From: Heteronotia binoei
Taxonomy: Eukaryota
NCBI RefSeq assembly: GCF_032191835.1
Contig: NC_083234.1
Span: 1,736,001 to 1,800,000, forward strand
Length of the DNA stretch: 64,000 nt
Direction of reading: 5' to 3'
Of this stretch, positions 46,700-57,864 are shown piece by piece. The translations under genes and the position numbers were made by a program. The first letter of the stretch is position 1; each line of letters starts with the position of its first letter. Below the pieces are notes generated by a model. The model did not search any database, was not told the DNA's origin, and was given only the letters and a program-made list of their open reading frames with translations.

Positions 46700-49600
46700 C
46701 CAGAGTGGGAGGGAAGAGGAAGGCCTTGCGGGCCTCTGGGCTAGCGCGTCTTGCTCCTTGCAGCTGCGCCTGGGCTGGAGGGAGCGCTCCGAGGACGGCA
46801 GCGGAGGGGTGGTTTCCCCCCTGGGACCGCTGCACCTAATACTGTCCAGTCGCCGTTTCGTCCCACCCCACCCACCCAGCCAGGCTTGCCTCGGAGCCTG
46901 CCCCGCTGCCTTTCCTTCCGCCCCCCTCTCCTCCTGCCTCCGTCTGCAGCTCCTCTCTCTGCTGCGGCTGCCCCGGACAGATGGACTCTGGAGCGGCCTC
47001 CCCCCTCGCCCCCCGCAGACAAAGCAGCTGTTCCCAGGGCGCGGAAGGCCGGTGGTTGCTGCCTCGGTGGCCAGGCGGCTGCCAGGGACCGGTCGGGGGT
47101 GGCCCCGGCCCTTCTCCGCTTGCGGCTCCGCGCCTTCTCCCTTGAAGGGGGGGCGGGCAGGGCAGGCTGGCGTGGGGGTGGCAGCCCCGCCTCCTCCCCG
47201 CAGCGCGCCCCACCGGGCCAGGAAAGGGGCAGCGGTGGGTCTTGGGCTGCCGTCGGGGCCAGGCAGGGCGAGGCAGCGGGGAGGGGCGGGGAGCGCTTGG
47301 CTCTCGCAGCAGGTGAGAGCAGCCGGGCCGGCAGCCGCTCAGGAGGCGGGGAGGAGGGGGGCGCAGCCCGCAGAAGGGCTGCCTCGGTCGGCAGACGCTC
47401 TCTTGTTTCACGTTGCCTCCCTCCGCGAGTTTTCCAGCGCAGGCGGCTGGCTTTTTCCCAAGCGCAGAACCGTCCATCCTTTGCCCAAAATTGTCCGACT
47501 AGGCAAGAGCGGCGGGGGGTAGGGGCCGCCTGGCGGGGGGGCGCCCACACCACTGGCCCCTGGCCGCCGGCCTCCGCCGCTCGCCCTAAGGCGCAGGAAG
47601 GGAGGCGAGGAGGAGGGTCTGCAGCAAGCAGCCGCAGTGGAGAGGCAGCTTCGCGGCAGAGGGGGTGAGAGTGCGACCCCCGCCCTCCGGGCAACTGCCT
47701 GGCCTGAGCAGCCCCTCCCTCGTTCCCGGGCTTGGGCCGAGCCTTTCATCTGCGTCGGGGGAGGGGAGGGGAGGCAGCCCCCCGAGAAAGGCTCCCAGGC
47801 CCCGTCGAAGGGCAGAGGAGCGGACCTCCTCCGGGCCTGAGGGAGTCTCCGCTGGCTCTCTCTGCTCTGCTGCCTTGGCCCCCGGGCGTGGCTGCAAGGG
47901 AGCGGCGGAGTGCCCGCCCCGCCCCAGGGCTGCTTCCGCCTCTGGATGGAAAGGGGCTGCAGCCAGTGGCCCCCCTCGGGCGGGGAGTCTGTTTCCCCCT
48001 GAAAGACAGCGGCCTCAAGGATGGCGGGAAGAAACGCTTGCCCCGTTGGCTGAAGGGAAGCCTGAAGCCCGGGGGCGGGGGGCAGCAGAGGCAGGCCAGA
48101 CTCTGGGCCCCTGGAAGGCAGGTAGGCAGGAAGGATCTCCTGCCTGGATCCTGAGCGAGGCGCTCTTGCTGGGCGGCCAACCTCCAGTCGGGGCCTGGAG
48201 ACCTTCCTGCATTGCTGGCCACTGGGCTCCAGGCCAGCCCGGGAGGGACCGGCCTTCCCTCGCAGGAGATGGCTGCTGGGGTGGGGTGGGGGGGCTTCCT
48301 GCCCTCCTAGTCTGGGGGCCCTGCCCGACCCCTGGCTAGGCTGGCGAGGGCCGCGGAGGGGGGAGTTGGGGAGGAGAAGGTTTTCGCGCCCTCCCGCGTC
48401 CCCTGCCTGATCCGCCAACCGCAGAGTTTACCCGGCGGTCCCCCCTTTTTTGCGAGCGCTGGCTCGGGCCGGCCATCTTGCAGCCTCAGCAATAGCACCA
48501 TGCCCGGCTGGGGGACGGAGAAGCCCCGCGCCTGACCCCCCCCCCTCCGCCCTCCGCAGCTCCGCCGCAGCATGAGCCCCCCCGGCGACCCCCGCCTCGG
48601 CCTGCCCGCCCTGGCGCTCCTCGGCCTCCTCGTGGCTCCGGGTAAGGGGAGGCGCCGCTGGGCAGGGGCGGGCGGAGGGCACGTGGGGGGCGCCTCTTCC
48701 CTGCCTGAAATCGGCCTCCCTTCCCGGGGGTGGAGGGTCGTTTTCACACATGCAGGCCTTCACGTGTTGGCTCTGCCAAGTGTCCGCAGCAGCCCTCCTC
48801 CCTCCCTGCCCGCCGCCCCCCACTGTGCTGCCAGGGACGCGCCAGGCGGCCGCCGGCCCTTCTCTTCCCCTCTCGGACCGGCCGTGGCCCTCCGCGGTGC
48901 TCCTGCAGCCGGGCCTGGGAGGGAGAGGGGGTTGCTGTGGGGCAGAGGCCTGGCTCCACCCTTTGGCCGCAGCCATCCCGCGGAGCCCTCCAGAAGGCCA
49001 CCCCACCCACCCACCCTCGCCCGAAAGGCAGCCCCCCAGATGGCTTTGGGACACCGGCGGGAGGGGGGGCACTGGGCATCGCGAGGGCGGGGGGCACAGG
49101 TGGGCTGGGGGGGACACTCCGCGCGGAAGGGGGGAAGGGGAGAGGCTGCATTTCCCGCTCTGCAGCTGTCCGGGGCAGGGGGGGGGGGGGGAGACAGCGG
49201 CAGGCAAGGGAATCAGCGCAGCCGGAAAGCGGCACTGCAGTTGCCGCAGCCAGCCAGGCTCTGCCGCCGCGCACTGCGGATCCCGCAGCAAGACGCTGCA
49301 AGTCTCTCGCCAATGGCCAGGGCGGGGGCGGGGGAGAAAAGCGGCTGCTGCTTGTGCCCACCCCGCCCTCCCCGCGGCCCTGAAGCTCTCCGCAGTGCCG
49401 GCTGTGCTCGGCGTCAGGCTCCAGCTGGGCCTGGCAGCTGTATCGGCTCCTCCACACCCCGCGCCCCAATTTCTGCAGCCTGCAGGCCCGGGGGACAGAG
49501 AGGGGAGGCCGAGGGCGCCTGAGCCCCGGCAGAGGACAGCGCATCGCCTCAGCAGGGAGGAGGGGCTGCTCGCCTTGCCCCGGGAGAGGAGGGCTAAGGC

Positions 49601-50600
49601 CGGCTCCTTCCCCCCGCCGCCTGCAGGGCCCTGCAGCCTGGCCATGGAAGTCACGGCTCCGAGCACCATCCACGCGCTGAACAGCTCCTCGGCCCGCCTG
49701 GCCTGCACCTTCAACTCCTGCTACCGAGTGACCGAGAAGCAGTTCTCCCTCAACTGGACCTATCAGGAGTGCCACAACTGCAGCGAAACGACGGTGAGGG
49801 GGCCGCAGGGAGGGCGGGGGTCAAGGAGAGCCTCCGGTCCGGGAGCTCTTCAAGCGCCCCCAGGAGGGGCCGGGCCTGCGGGCCCCATCGCCCCCCAGGC
49901 CAGCCCGCCTGGGCCAGTCCCCCCGCCACCCCGCCCCTTGGCTGGCCTTTCCGGAGCCCCCCGCCCCCCCCCCTGGCTCGCCTTTGCCTGACGCTGACCG
50001 CCCCCCCCCCCCTGCCCCCAGCTCCTGCAGTTCCGCTCCAAGGTGCTGCCGGTGGAACAGACCCGCTTCGGGAGCCGCGTGAAGTTCACGGGGAACCTGG
50101 GCAAGTACGACGTGTCCATCACTCTGGAGGACGTGCAGCTGGACGACGAGGGCTTCTACAACTGCTTCGTGCTCAACCCCCCCGACCGGCACCGCGGCCA
50201 CGCCCAGATCCAGCTGCGGGTCATCACGGAAGGTGAGCGCCCCCCTCCCCTCCCCTCCCCTCCTCCCCGCCCCCTCCGGCCCGCCTGGGCTCACCTGCCC
50301 CCTCTGTCTCCCCCCCAGAGCCCCCCGAGCGGGACTCCACCGTGGCCGTGGTGGTGGGCGCCTCCGTGGGCGGCTTCCTGGCCGTGCTCATCCTGGCCCT
50401 CGTGGCCGTCAAGTGTCTGCGGCGGCGGAAGCAGCAGAAGCTCAACACCGACGACCAGAAGACCGAGGAAGAGGGCAAGACCGACGGCGAGGGCAACCCC
50501 GGCGACAACGAGGGCCCCAAGTAGAGCCCCCCCTCCGCAACCCCCGCCCCGCAGCGGGGGAGGAAGCGACGGGCCCGCGGGACTGGCCGGGAAGGGGCCT
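46700..50600. promoter_or_regulatory. CpG island spanning the SCN2B 5' region and gene body
   Basis: Very high GC and CpG density. Candidate upstream donors at 47313 and 47665, acceptor at 48559. Confidence 0.65.
48572..50524 (+). CDS. SCN2B: Voltage-gated sodium channel beta-2 subunit, 217 aa
   Basis: Exons 48572-48641, 49627-49793, 50022-50232 and 50319-50524 (70/167/211/206 nt). Motifs MEVTAP, CTFNSCY (alpha-subunit-linking Cys), QFSLNWTYQECHNC, NPPDRHRGH, DSTVAVVVGASVGGFLAV and TDDQKTEEEGKTDGEGN. Confidence 0.97.
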
Positions 50601-50614
50601 CCCTGAGCCCCCCC

Positions 50615-50790
50615 GCCCCCTCCCGAGAGTCCCCAGAGAGAGGCCTCCCCTCCCCCCCGCCCCCTCCCGAGAGTCCCCAGAGAGAGGCCTCCCCTCCCCC
50701 CGCCCCCTCCCGAGAGTCCCCAGAGAGAGGCCTCCCCTCCCCCCGCTGCCCCCCCTCCCTAGAGCCCCCAGAGAGAGAGGTCTCCCCCCC
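50615..50790 (+). repeat. Minisatellite, about 4 x 43-44 bp, C-rich, in the SCN2B 3' UTR
   Basis: Unit gccccctcccgagagtccccagagagaggcctcccctccccc at 50615, 50659 and 50702, with a degenerate copy at 50745. Confidence 0.92.
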
Positions 50791-51644
50791 TCCGCAGCCC
50801 TCTCGGTGGGTCACTTTGGGGGAGACTTGGGGGGCAAGGGGGTCTCTTTGCCACTGCAAAACTGCCACTGCGGACACCCGCAACTGCCAAGACAATTCAC
50901 TGCCAGGGGGCGGGGCCTCGCCCGACTCTCCCGCCCGCCTGCCGAGGAGCCCCAGTCCTGCCTCTGGGGGGGCACTTCCACACCCGCCTCCACTACCACC
51001 CCCGCTACCTGGGGGGCAAACTGCTTGTTAGCTTCTCAAGCACCCGCTGCCCCTCTGCTGAGGGGGAGCCGCCCCCTTTGCCCCCCCGCCCCACCGCCAT
51101 TGGTACCGGCTGCCCACCAAGGGGCTGCTTCTCCAGTGGGGCAGAAGAGGGGTGAAGCCGCTCTCCAGGCAGCCCCTGGCCTGACCTGTGGAACTCCCTG
51201 CCAGGGGATGCGGGGGGGGGGGCTGGAGGAGGGGCTCTTCTGACGGCCTCCTAGTCCTCGCCCTCCCCTCGGCCGCCTCTCTTGCCGGAGCCCGGCGAGG
51301 CCCACCCCCTCCCCCCCCCCCCGCCTCGGCCTTCCGCTTCCTCCGGGCCTTGTGCCGCCCCGCTCAGCTGCCGCCCCCCTGCTTCGGCTCCCCGGCCTGC
51401 GGGGCTCGAAGGCGCCGCTTCCGCCTTTCTTTTGTCGAAGCTGCAGTTTGGTTCCTTCAGAGCCTCCGGGCGGAATGTGTCTCTCGCGCGCTTTTTGCAC
51501 CTCGACGACGACGAGTCCTGCTGCAGTTTGCCGACATTTGCACTGACTGAGTCGCGTGTGCGCGCGCGCGCTGCCGATTTCTGTTGAGAACAAGTATTTC
51601 GCAGCCTGGGTCTGCCCAGGAAACCCCCGCATTAAGCACAAAAC

Positions 51645-51650
51645 AATAAA
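51645..51650 (+). terminator. Polyadenylation signal AATAAA, SCN2B 3' end
   Basis: AATAAA about 1.1 kb after the SCN2B stop, with GT/T-rich sequence downstream. Confidence 0.6.
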
Positions 51651-52067
51651 GTGGAACGTGTCTCTCGGACCAGCGGCTCCTCGTCTTCCTTGGGGTCAGG
51701 GAACTCGCCCACCCCAGCCCCTCCCCCTCCCCCTCCCGCTCTGACGGATTCTAGAGCGCTGGGCTCATGAGGCCATCTAGCCCACCCCACAACTCAGAGG
51801 CCGACGCGGTCCGGCGGGAGGATCCTTGGGGAGCAGAGCCGGCGGCTGGCCGAGCGGAGACTCAGGAGGCTCAAGATTTCTCTAGGGCTTGCTCCCCGCC
51901 CCCCCCCCCCCACAAACGTCTCTAAGGCGCCCGAAGACTTTCCTTGGGGAGAAGCGGAATGGCGGGGGGGGGGGGGTGTCTCCTGGCATTCCAGCCCCCC
52001 CCCCCTTTCTTCAGATTAAAGGAGATACCGCAGTTCTCAGAAAGAATGGGGGGGGGGTTGCTGAAAA

Positions 52068-52415
52068 GAAGATATTGGATTTATATATCCCGCCCTCCAC
52101 TCCGAAGAGTCTCAGAGCTGCTCACAATCTCCTTTCCCTTCCTCTCCCACAACAGACACCCTGTGAGGTAGATGAAGATATTGGATTTATATCCCGCCCT
52201 CCACTCCGGAGAGTCTCAGAGCGGCTCACAATATTTTTCCCTTCCTCCCCCACAACAGACACCCTGTGAGGTGGGTGGGGCTGAGAGGGCTCTCACAGCA
52301 GCTGCCCTTTCAAGGACAGCTCTGCAAGAGCTATGGCTGACCAAGTAGAGCAGTGAGATATCAAACCCGGTTCTCCCAGATAAGAGTCCGCACACTTCAC
52401 CGCTACACCCAACTG
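52068..52415 (-). mobile_element. Squam3-like SINE with a tandemly duplicated 3' tail
   Basis: aagatattggatttata..cccgccctccactccg at about 52069 and 52176. Confidence 0.88.
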
Positions 52416-54089
52416 GCTCTCAGGCCCGGCTGCCCTGCGAAGGAAGAGAGAGAGCAACAGACGAAGAAGCGCAGTCAAGACCAGCGACTTCCTTAAGGGT
52501 CCCTGCTGCGCGAGAGAGTCCACGACCCCCTGCCGAGAGGGACAACTGCACGGCCCGCATTGGCTCCCCCACCCCCACCCCCACCCGGCAACTCAGGAGG
52601 CGGCGGCCAGCTTGGCGGGGGGGGGGGCGGACTGCGGTTTCCATCTCCCCCCAGAAAGCCTCCTGTCACTCCGGGACCCTTCCTGACTGGGCTCCGGGGA
52701 GGGGAGGGGAGGAAAGACCTTCCCGGAGGGCAGCGAGGGAGCCGGCGCAGGGACACCTCGGCCAAAGCGCTGCTGTGGCGCGGGGGAGGGGGGCTGTCAA
52801 CTGGCCCAGCAGGAGCTGCCCGCGGCGCTTCGGCCTCCAGTGCTTTGCCCAGGCCAGAGACCCGTCTGCGAAGGGGCGCCTCCAGGGCCCCAGCAAGACT
52901 GGCCGGCGAGATCTCCTGGCTGCGCGGCTTCCCGCCTGAGAAACACCTCCTTTGCGCCCGCCAGTTTGGGGCTGGGGAGGCGCAGCCAGGAGACCAGCCC
53001 CCGCAGCCCGCCGCCGCCGGGAGCGGAGGTCCCAGGGATTCCCCCGCAGGCAGGCAGGAGCGGGCGGGGGCCAGCCGCAGGCCAAGAGGCTCTCTCGGTC
53101 ACCCCCAGAAAGCTCTCCCCCCCCCCAGCGCCCATGCCCTGCCCGGTCTCGCTGCCTGGCTGGGGGTGCCTCAGCCCAAAGCCCGCCCTGCCAAAAGCAG
53201 CTCTACGCCGCCAGACCCCGGGTATGGGGGTGGGTGCAAGGGGGCCGGGGGCCTCACCTCTGCCCAGGGGGCCTCCCTGTGTCCAGGGTCTGTGCAGCAG
53301 AAGGTCGGGCCAGCGGCAAGGCTCTCTGTCTCCAACCGGACCCGAGGCTGGGTGGCCACCACCGGCGCTACCTGGCAGGGCTGGCTGTCGGGGGCTGCGG
53401 GCGAAAGGAGAGGAAGACAGGCGGGGTGCAAATGGGGAGAAAAACAATGAAAGCGGGTGGGGGGTTCCTTCCCACGAACAGAAGGCTCCCAACCCCGCCC
53501 GCGGCCTCTTCCACTGCAGCCCAAAGCCGACTGGGAAGGAAGGTGACCCTGGCCGCCGCTCGCCTTGCCCCGAAAGCGGAGCTGGCCCTCTGCCCCCCCT
53601 CCCGCGCACCGGCCCCGGCCGCCTCCTCCTCCTCCTCCTCCTGCTGGGCGCGCGCCTGTCCTGGTTTCCCCTCTGCCGCCACCGCCGCTGCCGCTGCTTG
53701 TCCTCGCGGGGAGGACGCTGCGCACTCAGCGCTTCTGGGCGCACCTGCCCGGCCCGCCGCCTCTATTTTTGCCCCTCGTCGTCATCGAGCGGGGCGAGGT
53801 GTGGAGGGTCCGGCGGGGGCGGCCACCGGCTGCAGCAGCTGCTGTGCCTGGAAAACAACTCCTGCCTGGCCAGCAGGCCCGGGGCTGGCGGGGGCAACCG
53901 GGAGCAGCCCCGTCGAGCGCCCCCCCCCCAGTGAATCCGATCTCAAAGGGGGGAGTTGGCCTTGCCAGGCCGCCTGGAGATCCGTCGGGGCTCTTGGGCG
54001 CTGCTGCTGGATCTCAGGAACATGCAAGGGCAGACCCGCCAGGGGGATGGGGGCAGGTGGGGAATTCTCCCCCCTGGCCCCTTAGAAAG

Positions 54090-54330
54090 GGACCTCCAGA
54101 GTGAGGGTCATCTAGTCCAGCCCCCTGCACAATGCAGGAAACTCACAAACCCCTCCCCCTAAATTCACAGGATCCTCATTGCTGTCAGAGGGCCATCTAG
54201 CCTCTGCTTCAAAACCTCCAAGGAAGGAGAGCCCACCACCTCCCGAGGAGGAAGCCTGTTCCACCGAGGAACCGCTCTGACGGTCAGGAAGTTCTTCCTC
54301 ACGTTGAGCCGGAAACTCTTTTGATCAACC
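54090..54330 (-). mobile_element. CR1 3' end
   Basis: gtcatctagtccagccccctgcacaatgcaggaaactc..gtcaggaagttcttcct. Confidence 0.88.
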
Positions 54331-55615
54331 CACCGGCTCTGGTCCCACCTTCTCTCCTCCGACTCTCCCTCGGTGCCCCGGTGCAGCTGGCTGCCCACCC
54401 TGCGCTGGCGGAGTGCCCAGGTGCCCGGAGCTGGTGGGGCTGGCGCCTCTGAGCGGCCTCTTGCAGGGCCTCTGTCCTCCCCACCTCCTCCCCCGGTCCC
54501 AAGAAGCGGGTATTCAAGGGGGCTCTTCAGGGAACAGAAGAACAGCAGAGAAGCCCTGTGGGAGTCATCCCGCCGGTGGCTCCCCCAGTCCGGGCCACAC
54601 CAGTAGGGCCAAAACCCCCAGGGGCTCCGCTCCCGGCCAGTCTGGGTCCTAGCCGAGCCGGTACCCCGAAGGCTGCGCCCCGCCCCGCCGCAGCTCAACC
54701 CCTGCCTGGCAGGCCCCCACGACCCTGCGGCGTCTGCCTCTCCGCGCTCAGGCCGGCCTGCCTTCCTCCAGCAGCTGGAAGCCCCCTCCCCCGCCGCGCC
54801 CTCTCTTGCTCCGGGAGTGGCCCCCGCCCCGCCTTGAGCGGCCCTTGCCCTGCAAGCCCCATCCCCCCTGCGCCCCGGCAGCCTCCCACCCCGCGGGCTG
54901 GCGGCTCTCTCGCACCGCAAAGGGCCGGGAAGTGGCGGCAGGGCGGCAAGGCTGTGGCCCCGCTAGTGCCAGAGAGGGGGGGGGGGGGTCGGGTTCTCTT
55001 GGCGGCCTGCTCCCCCCCCCCCGCGCACATGGGCCCGGTTGTGCTGCACCCGCCGGCGGCCCCCGACCTTCTGCCTCTGGGGGCAGGGAGAGGAGGGGGC
55101 GCGGCTGCCAGCTCCTGGCCGGGAGGAAGGAAGTTCGGAGGCCCTGGCCCAGCAGCTCTGTGAAGCTCCCGGGCCGCCGCCGCCGCCTCCCCGGAGACTG
55201 AGGCAAGGGCCGCAAAGGACAGGTTCCAAGCGGCTGGGGGGAGGGAGGGTCGCCGGGTCTCCCCCCTCCTCCGGGACTGAGCCTCCAACGCGGCTGGGAT
55301 GGGGTTAGGGAAGGCAGGCAGGCCCGTGCCCAGGAGCCCTCTCCGGCAGCCAGCGAGGCCGCGGCGGATCCGGCCAGGAGGAAGGCTGGCGAGCGCCCTC
55401 CCTCCCTCCCTCCCCGCGTGGCGGCGGCGGCGGCAGCTCTGCGGCTTTCCCTAGTCTCCGCCCGCCGCGGAGTCTCCGCCCCCAGGCCGGCCGGGGCTGC
55501 TCGAGGGGGCGGGCCGGGCGGCGCGGCAACTTTGGCAGACGGCTCTGGGGCTGGGAGCCGGCGGAAGGCACTGCGCTGCGGCGGCGGCGGCGCAGGAGGA
55601 TCCGGGAGTGCGGCC

Positions 55616-57864
55616 ATGGCCCGAGGAGGAGGCCGGCTCCGGGCGGCCTTGCTGGGTAACGAGGGCGCCGCCGGCCACCTGGCCCCGCCGCTCCTGCTGG
55701 GGAGGGGGAGGCTGCAGGGGGCGCGCAGGCGGGGGGGGGCATCCGGGCTGGCCGGTCCCAGAGCCAGAGTCCTGCGGGCCGAGGGGGAGGGGAGGGGAGA
55801 AAGTCTGCACCTGCTTCAGCTCCCGCTCTGGGCAGGGCGGCGAGTGGGGCGGGAGGCAAGAAGGCGCTGGGGCCGGGAGCCTTGGGGAGCGGAGCGGCGA
55901 GTTTCCAAGACCCCTGGCTGCAAGCTGCCTGGAGCGCGGCGAGGAGGGAGAGGGGGGATCTTCTCACAAGACAGGGCGCAGGCAGTTCAAGCCGCTGCCT
56001 GGCCACTTTGAAGCTTCAGGGAAGCCTCAGCCAGGCAGGCAGGCCCAGCGGTCTCCCTCCGAAAAGTGGGCTGGGGAGGGGGACGGCGCTGCCTTCCTTG
56101 GCCGGTCTCCAAGGCGCGCAAAAGAGACCTTTGCAGCACTTCTCTTGCCCTGCAAGGAGTCCGGGAAGCGCTTCGGGGAGGCTGCGGGGGGGGGGGGGTC
56201 GAGTGGACCGCAGCAGCGCCTGATGCTCCACGGGGCGGTCAGGAGAGGGACTTAGCCGGGCTGCTGCTGGTTCCCGCCCGCCCCCAAAACCGGCCCTGGC
56301 GCACATTCCTTTTGTCCCGCCCCCCGCCCCCCCTGGCCTGCTCTCCGGTCCAGGCCACCTGGCTGGAAGCTGCTCCGGAGGACTGGGCCAGCCTCTGCAC
56401 AGCCGGCCTGGCCCCCTCCTGCACCCCCTCCCCCCTGCACCCACCGCCGCCAGCGCTTTGAGGCCGGGCCCTTCCTCCGGGTAGCTGGCTTGCTGGGGGG
56501 GGGGGGCGGTTGGGCTCTGGCCCAGTTCTGCAAGCCCTGCCTGGGAACAGCAGGGAGGCCGCGGCCCGGCAGCTCCCCCAGAGAAGCCGCCGCCAGGTGG
56601 CAGCCCCCCCCCCTCCCCGCCCCTTGGCAAGAGAGAGGGCACTGCCCTGCTGCCCCGGGCTGCCTGGGGGGGACCCTCGGGCGCGGGGGGAGGGGAGGGG
56701 AGGGAGGGGGAGGGGAGGGCCCGCTTCCTCGCACCCAACCTCCTTCTCTCCCCCTCCCCCTCCGCAGGCCTGCTGGTTTCCTGCTGGGCGGCGCTGGCCT
56801 TGGACGTGTCGGTGGGCAAGGCGACCACCATCTTCCACCAGAACGGCACCGACGTGCTCCTGCCGTGCACCTTCACCGCCTGCATCGGCTTCGAGAACGC
56901 CGAGTTCACCTGGTGGTTCAACGCCACCAAAGTGCGTGGCCGGCGCGGGCTGGGGCTGGGGGGGCACAGGGCGCACCCCTTCCTCCCCCGGGCAGCAGAG
57001 CTCCCGCCCCTCCGGCGCCCGCGGCCTTTCCTTGCTGGCGAGAGGGCCGCGCCCTTCGCTCCCCGCGCTCCCGCTGCATCCCGTCCTGTCCCGCGGGGTC
57101 CGGGGGGCCAGCTGTGCCCCCGGCGGGAGGGGCACTTTGTGGGCAGGGCCCTTCACTCACTCCCGGCTCCCCCCTCGACCACAGCTGTACTCGGGGATGG
57201 TCCGCAGCAAGAACGTCCGGCCGGTGTGCAAGCTGTGCAACCCGCGCGTGCAGCTGCCCGAAGTCCCGCTGCACAAGGACAGTCGCGAGTACAACCTCTC
57301 CATCGTGCTCCTCTCGGTGGACTTCAGCGACTCGGGCAAATACACGTGCGCCGTCAAGAACCCCAAGGAGAAGGGCGCGGAGCACAACGCCACCATCGCC
57401 CTGGCCGTGGTGGTGGAGCGTGAGTCTGGCCCGGGCCGGGGGGGAGGGGCTGGCTGGCCCCCGCCTGCCCTGACCCGCCCTCTCCCGTCCCCCCCCCCGC
57501 AGTGGAGAAGGTGGACAAGACGCTGACCAAGATCATCGCGGCGGTGGTGGGGGGCGTCATCGGCCTCCTCGTCCTCGGCCTCCTGCTCAAGAAGCTCGTC
57601 CTCTTCGGCCTCAAGAAGCGGAAGGAGAAGAAGTGAGCGGGGGGGGGGAGGGAGGGAGGGGGGCTGCCCCACGCGGGGAGGGGGAGGGACGGCCCAGGCC
57701 CCGCCCCCCGGCCCCGCCCCCGCCTGCCCCCCCCTCTGCTGCAGGCCTCCTCTCCCTTCTCTCTCCGCAGCAACGAGTGCCTGGTGAGCTCCTCAGGAAA
57801 CGACCACACGGAGAACGGGCTGCCCGCTTCCAAAGCGGACCAGAAAGCCGCCCCCAAGGCCTGA
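55616..57864 (+). CDS. SCN4B: Voltage-gated sodium channel beta-4 subunit, 220 aa
   Basis: Exons 55616-55655, 56768-56931, 57185-57419, 57503-57632 and 57771-57864. Motifs LDVSVGKAT, NGTDVLLPCTFTACIGF, FSDSGKYTCAVKNPKE, HNATI, VVGGVIGLL, KKLVLFGLKK and ECLVSSSGNDHTENGLP. Confidence 0.96.

Noticed and set aside
49519-49543. REST/NRSE site in SCN2B intron 1
   Set aside because: Only the right half (GGACAGCGC) matches. The left half is poor and the spacing is non-canonical.
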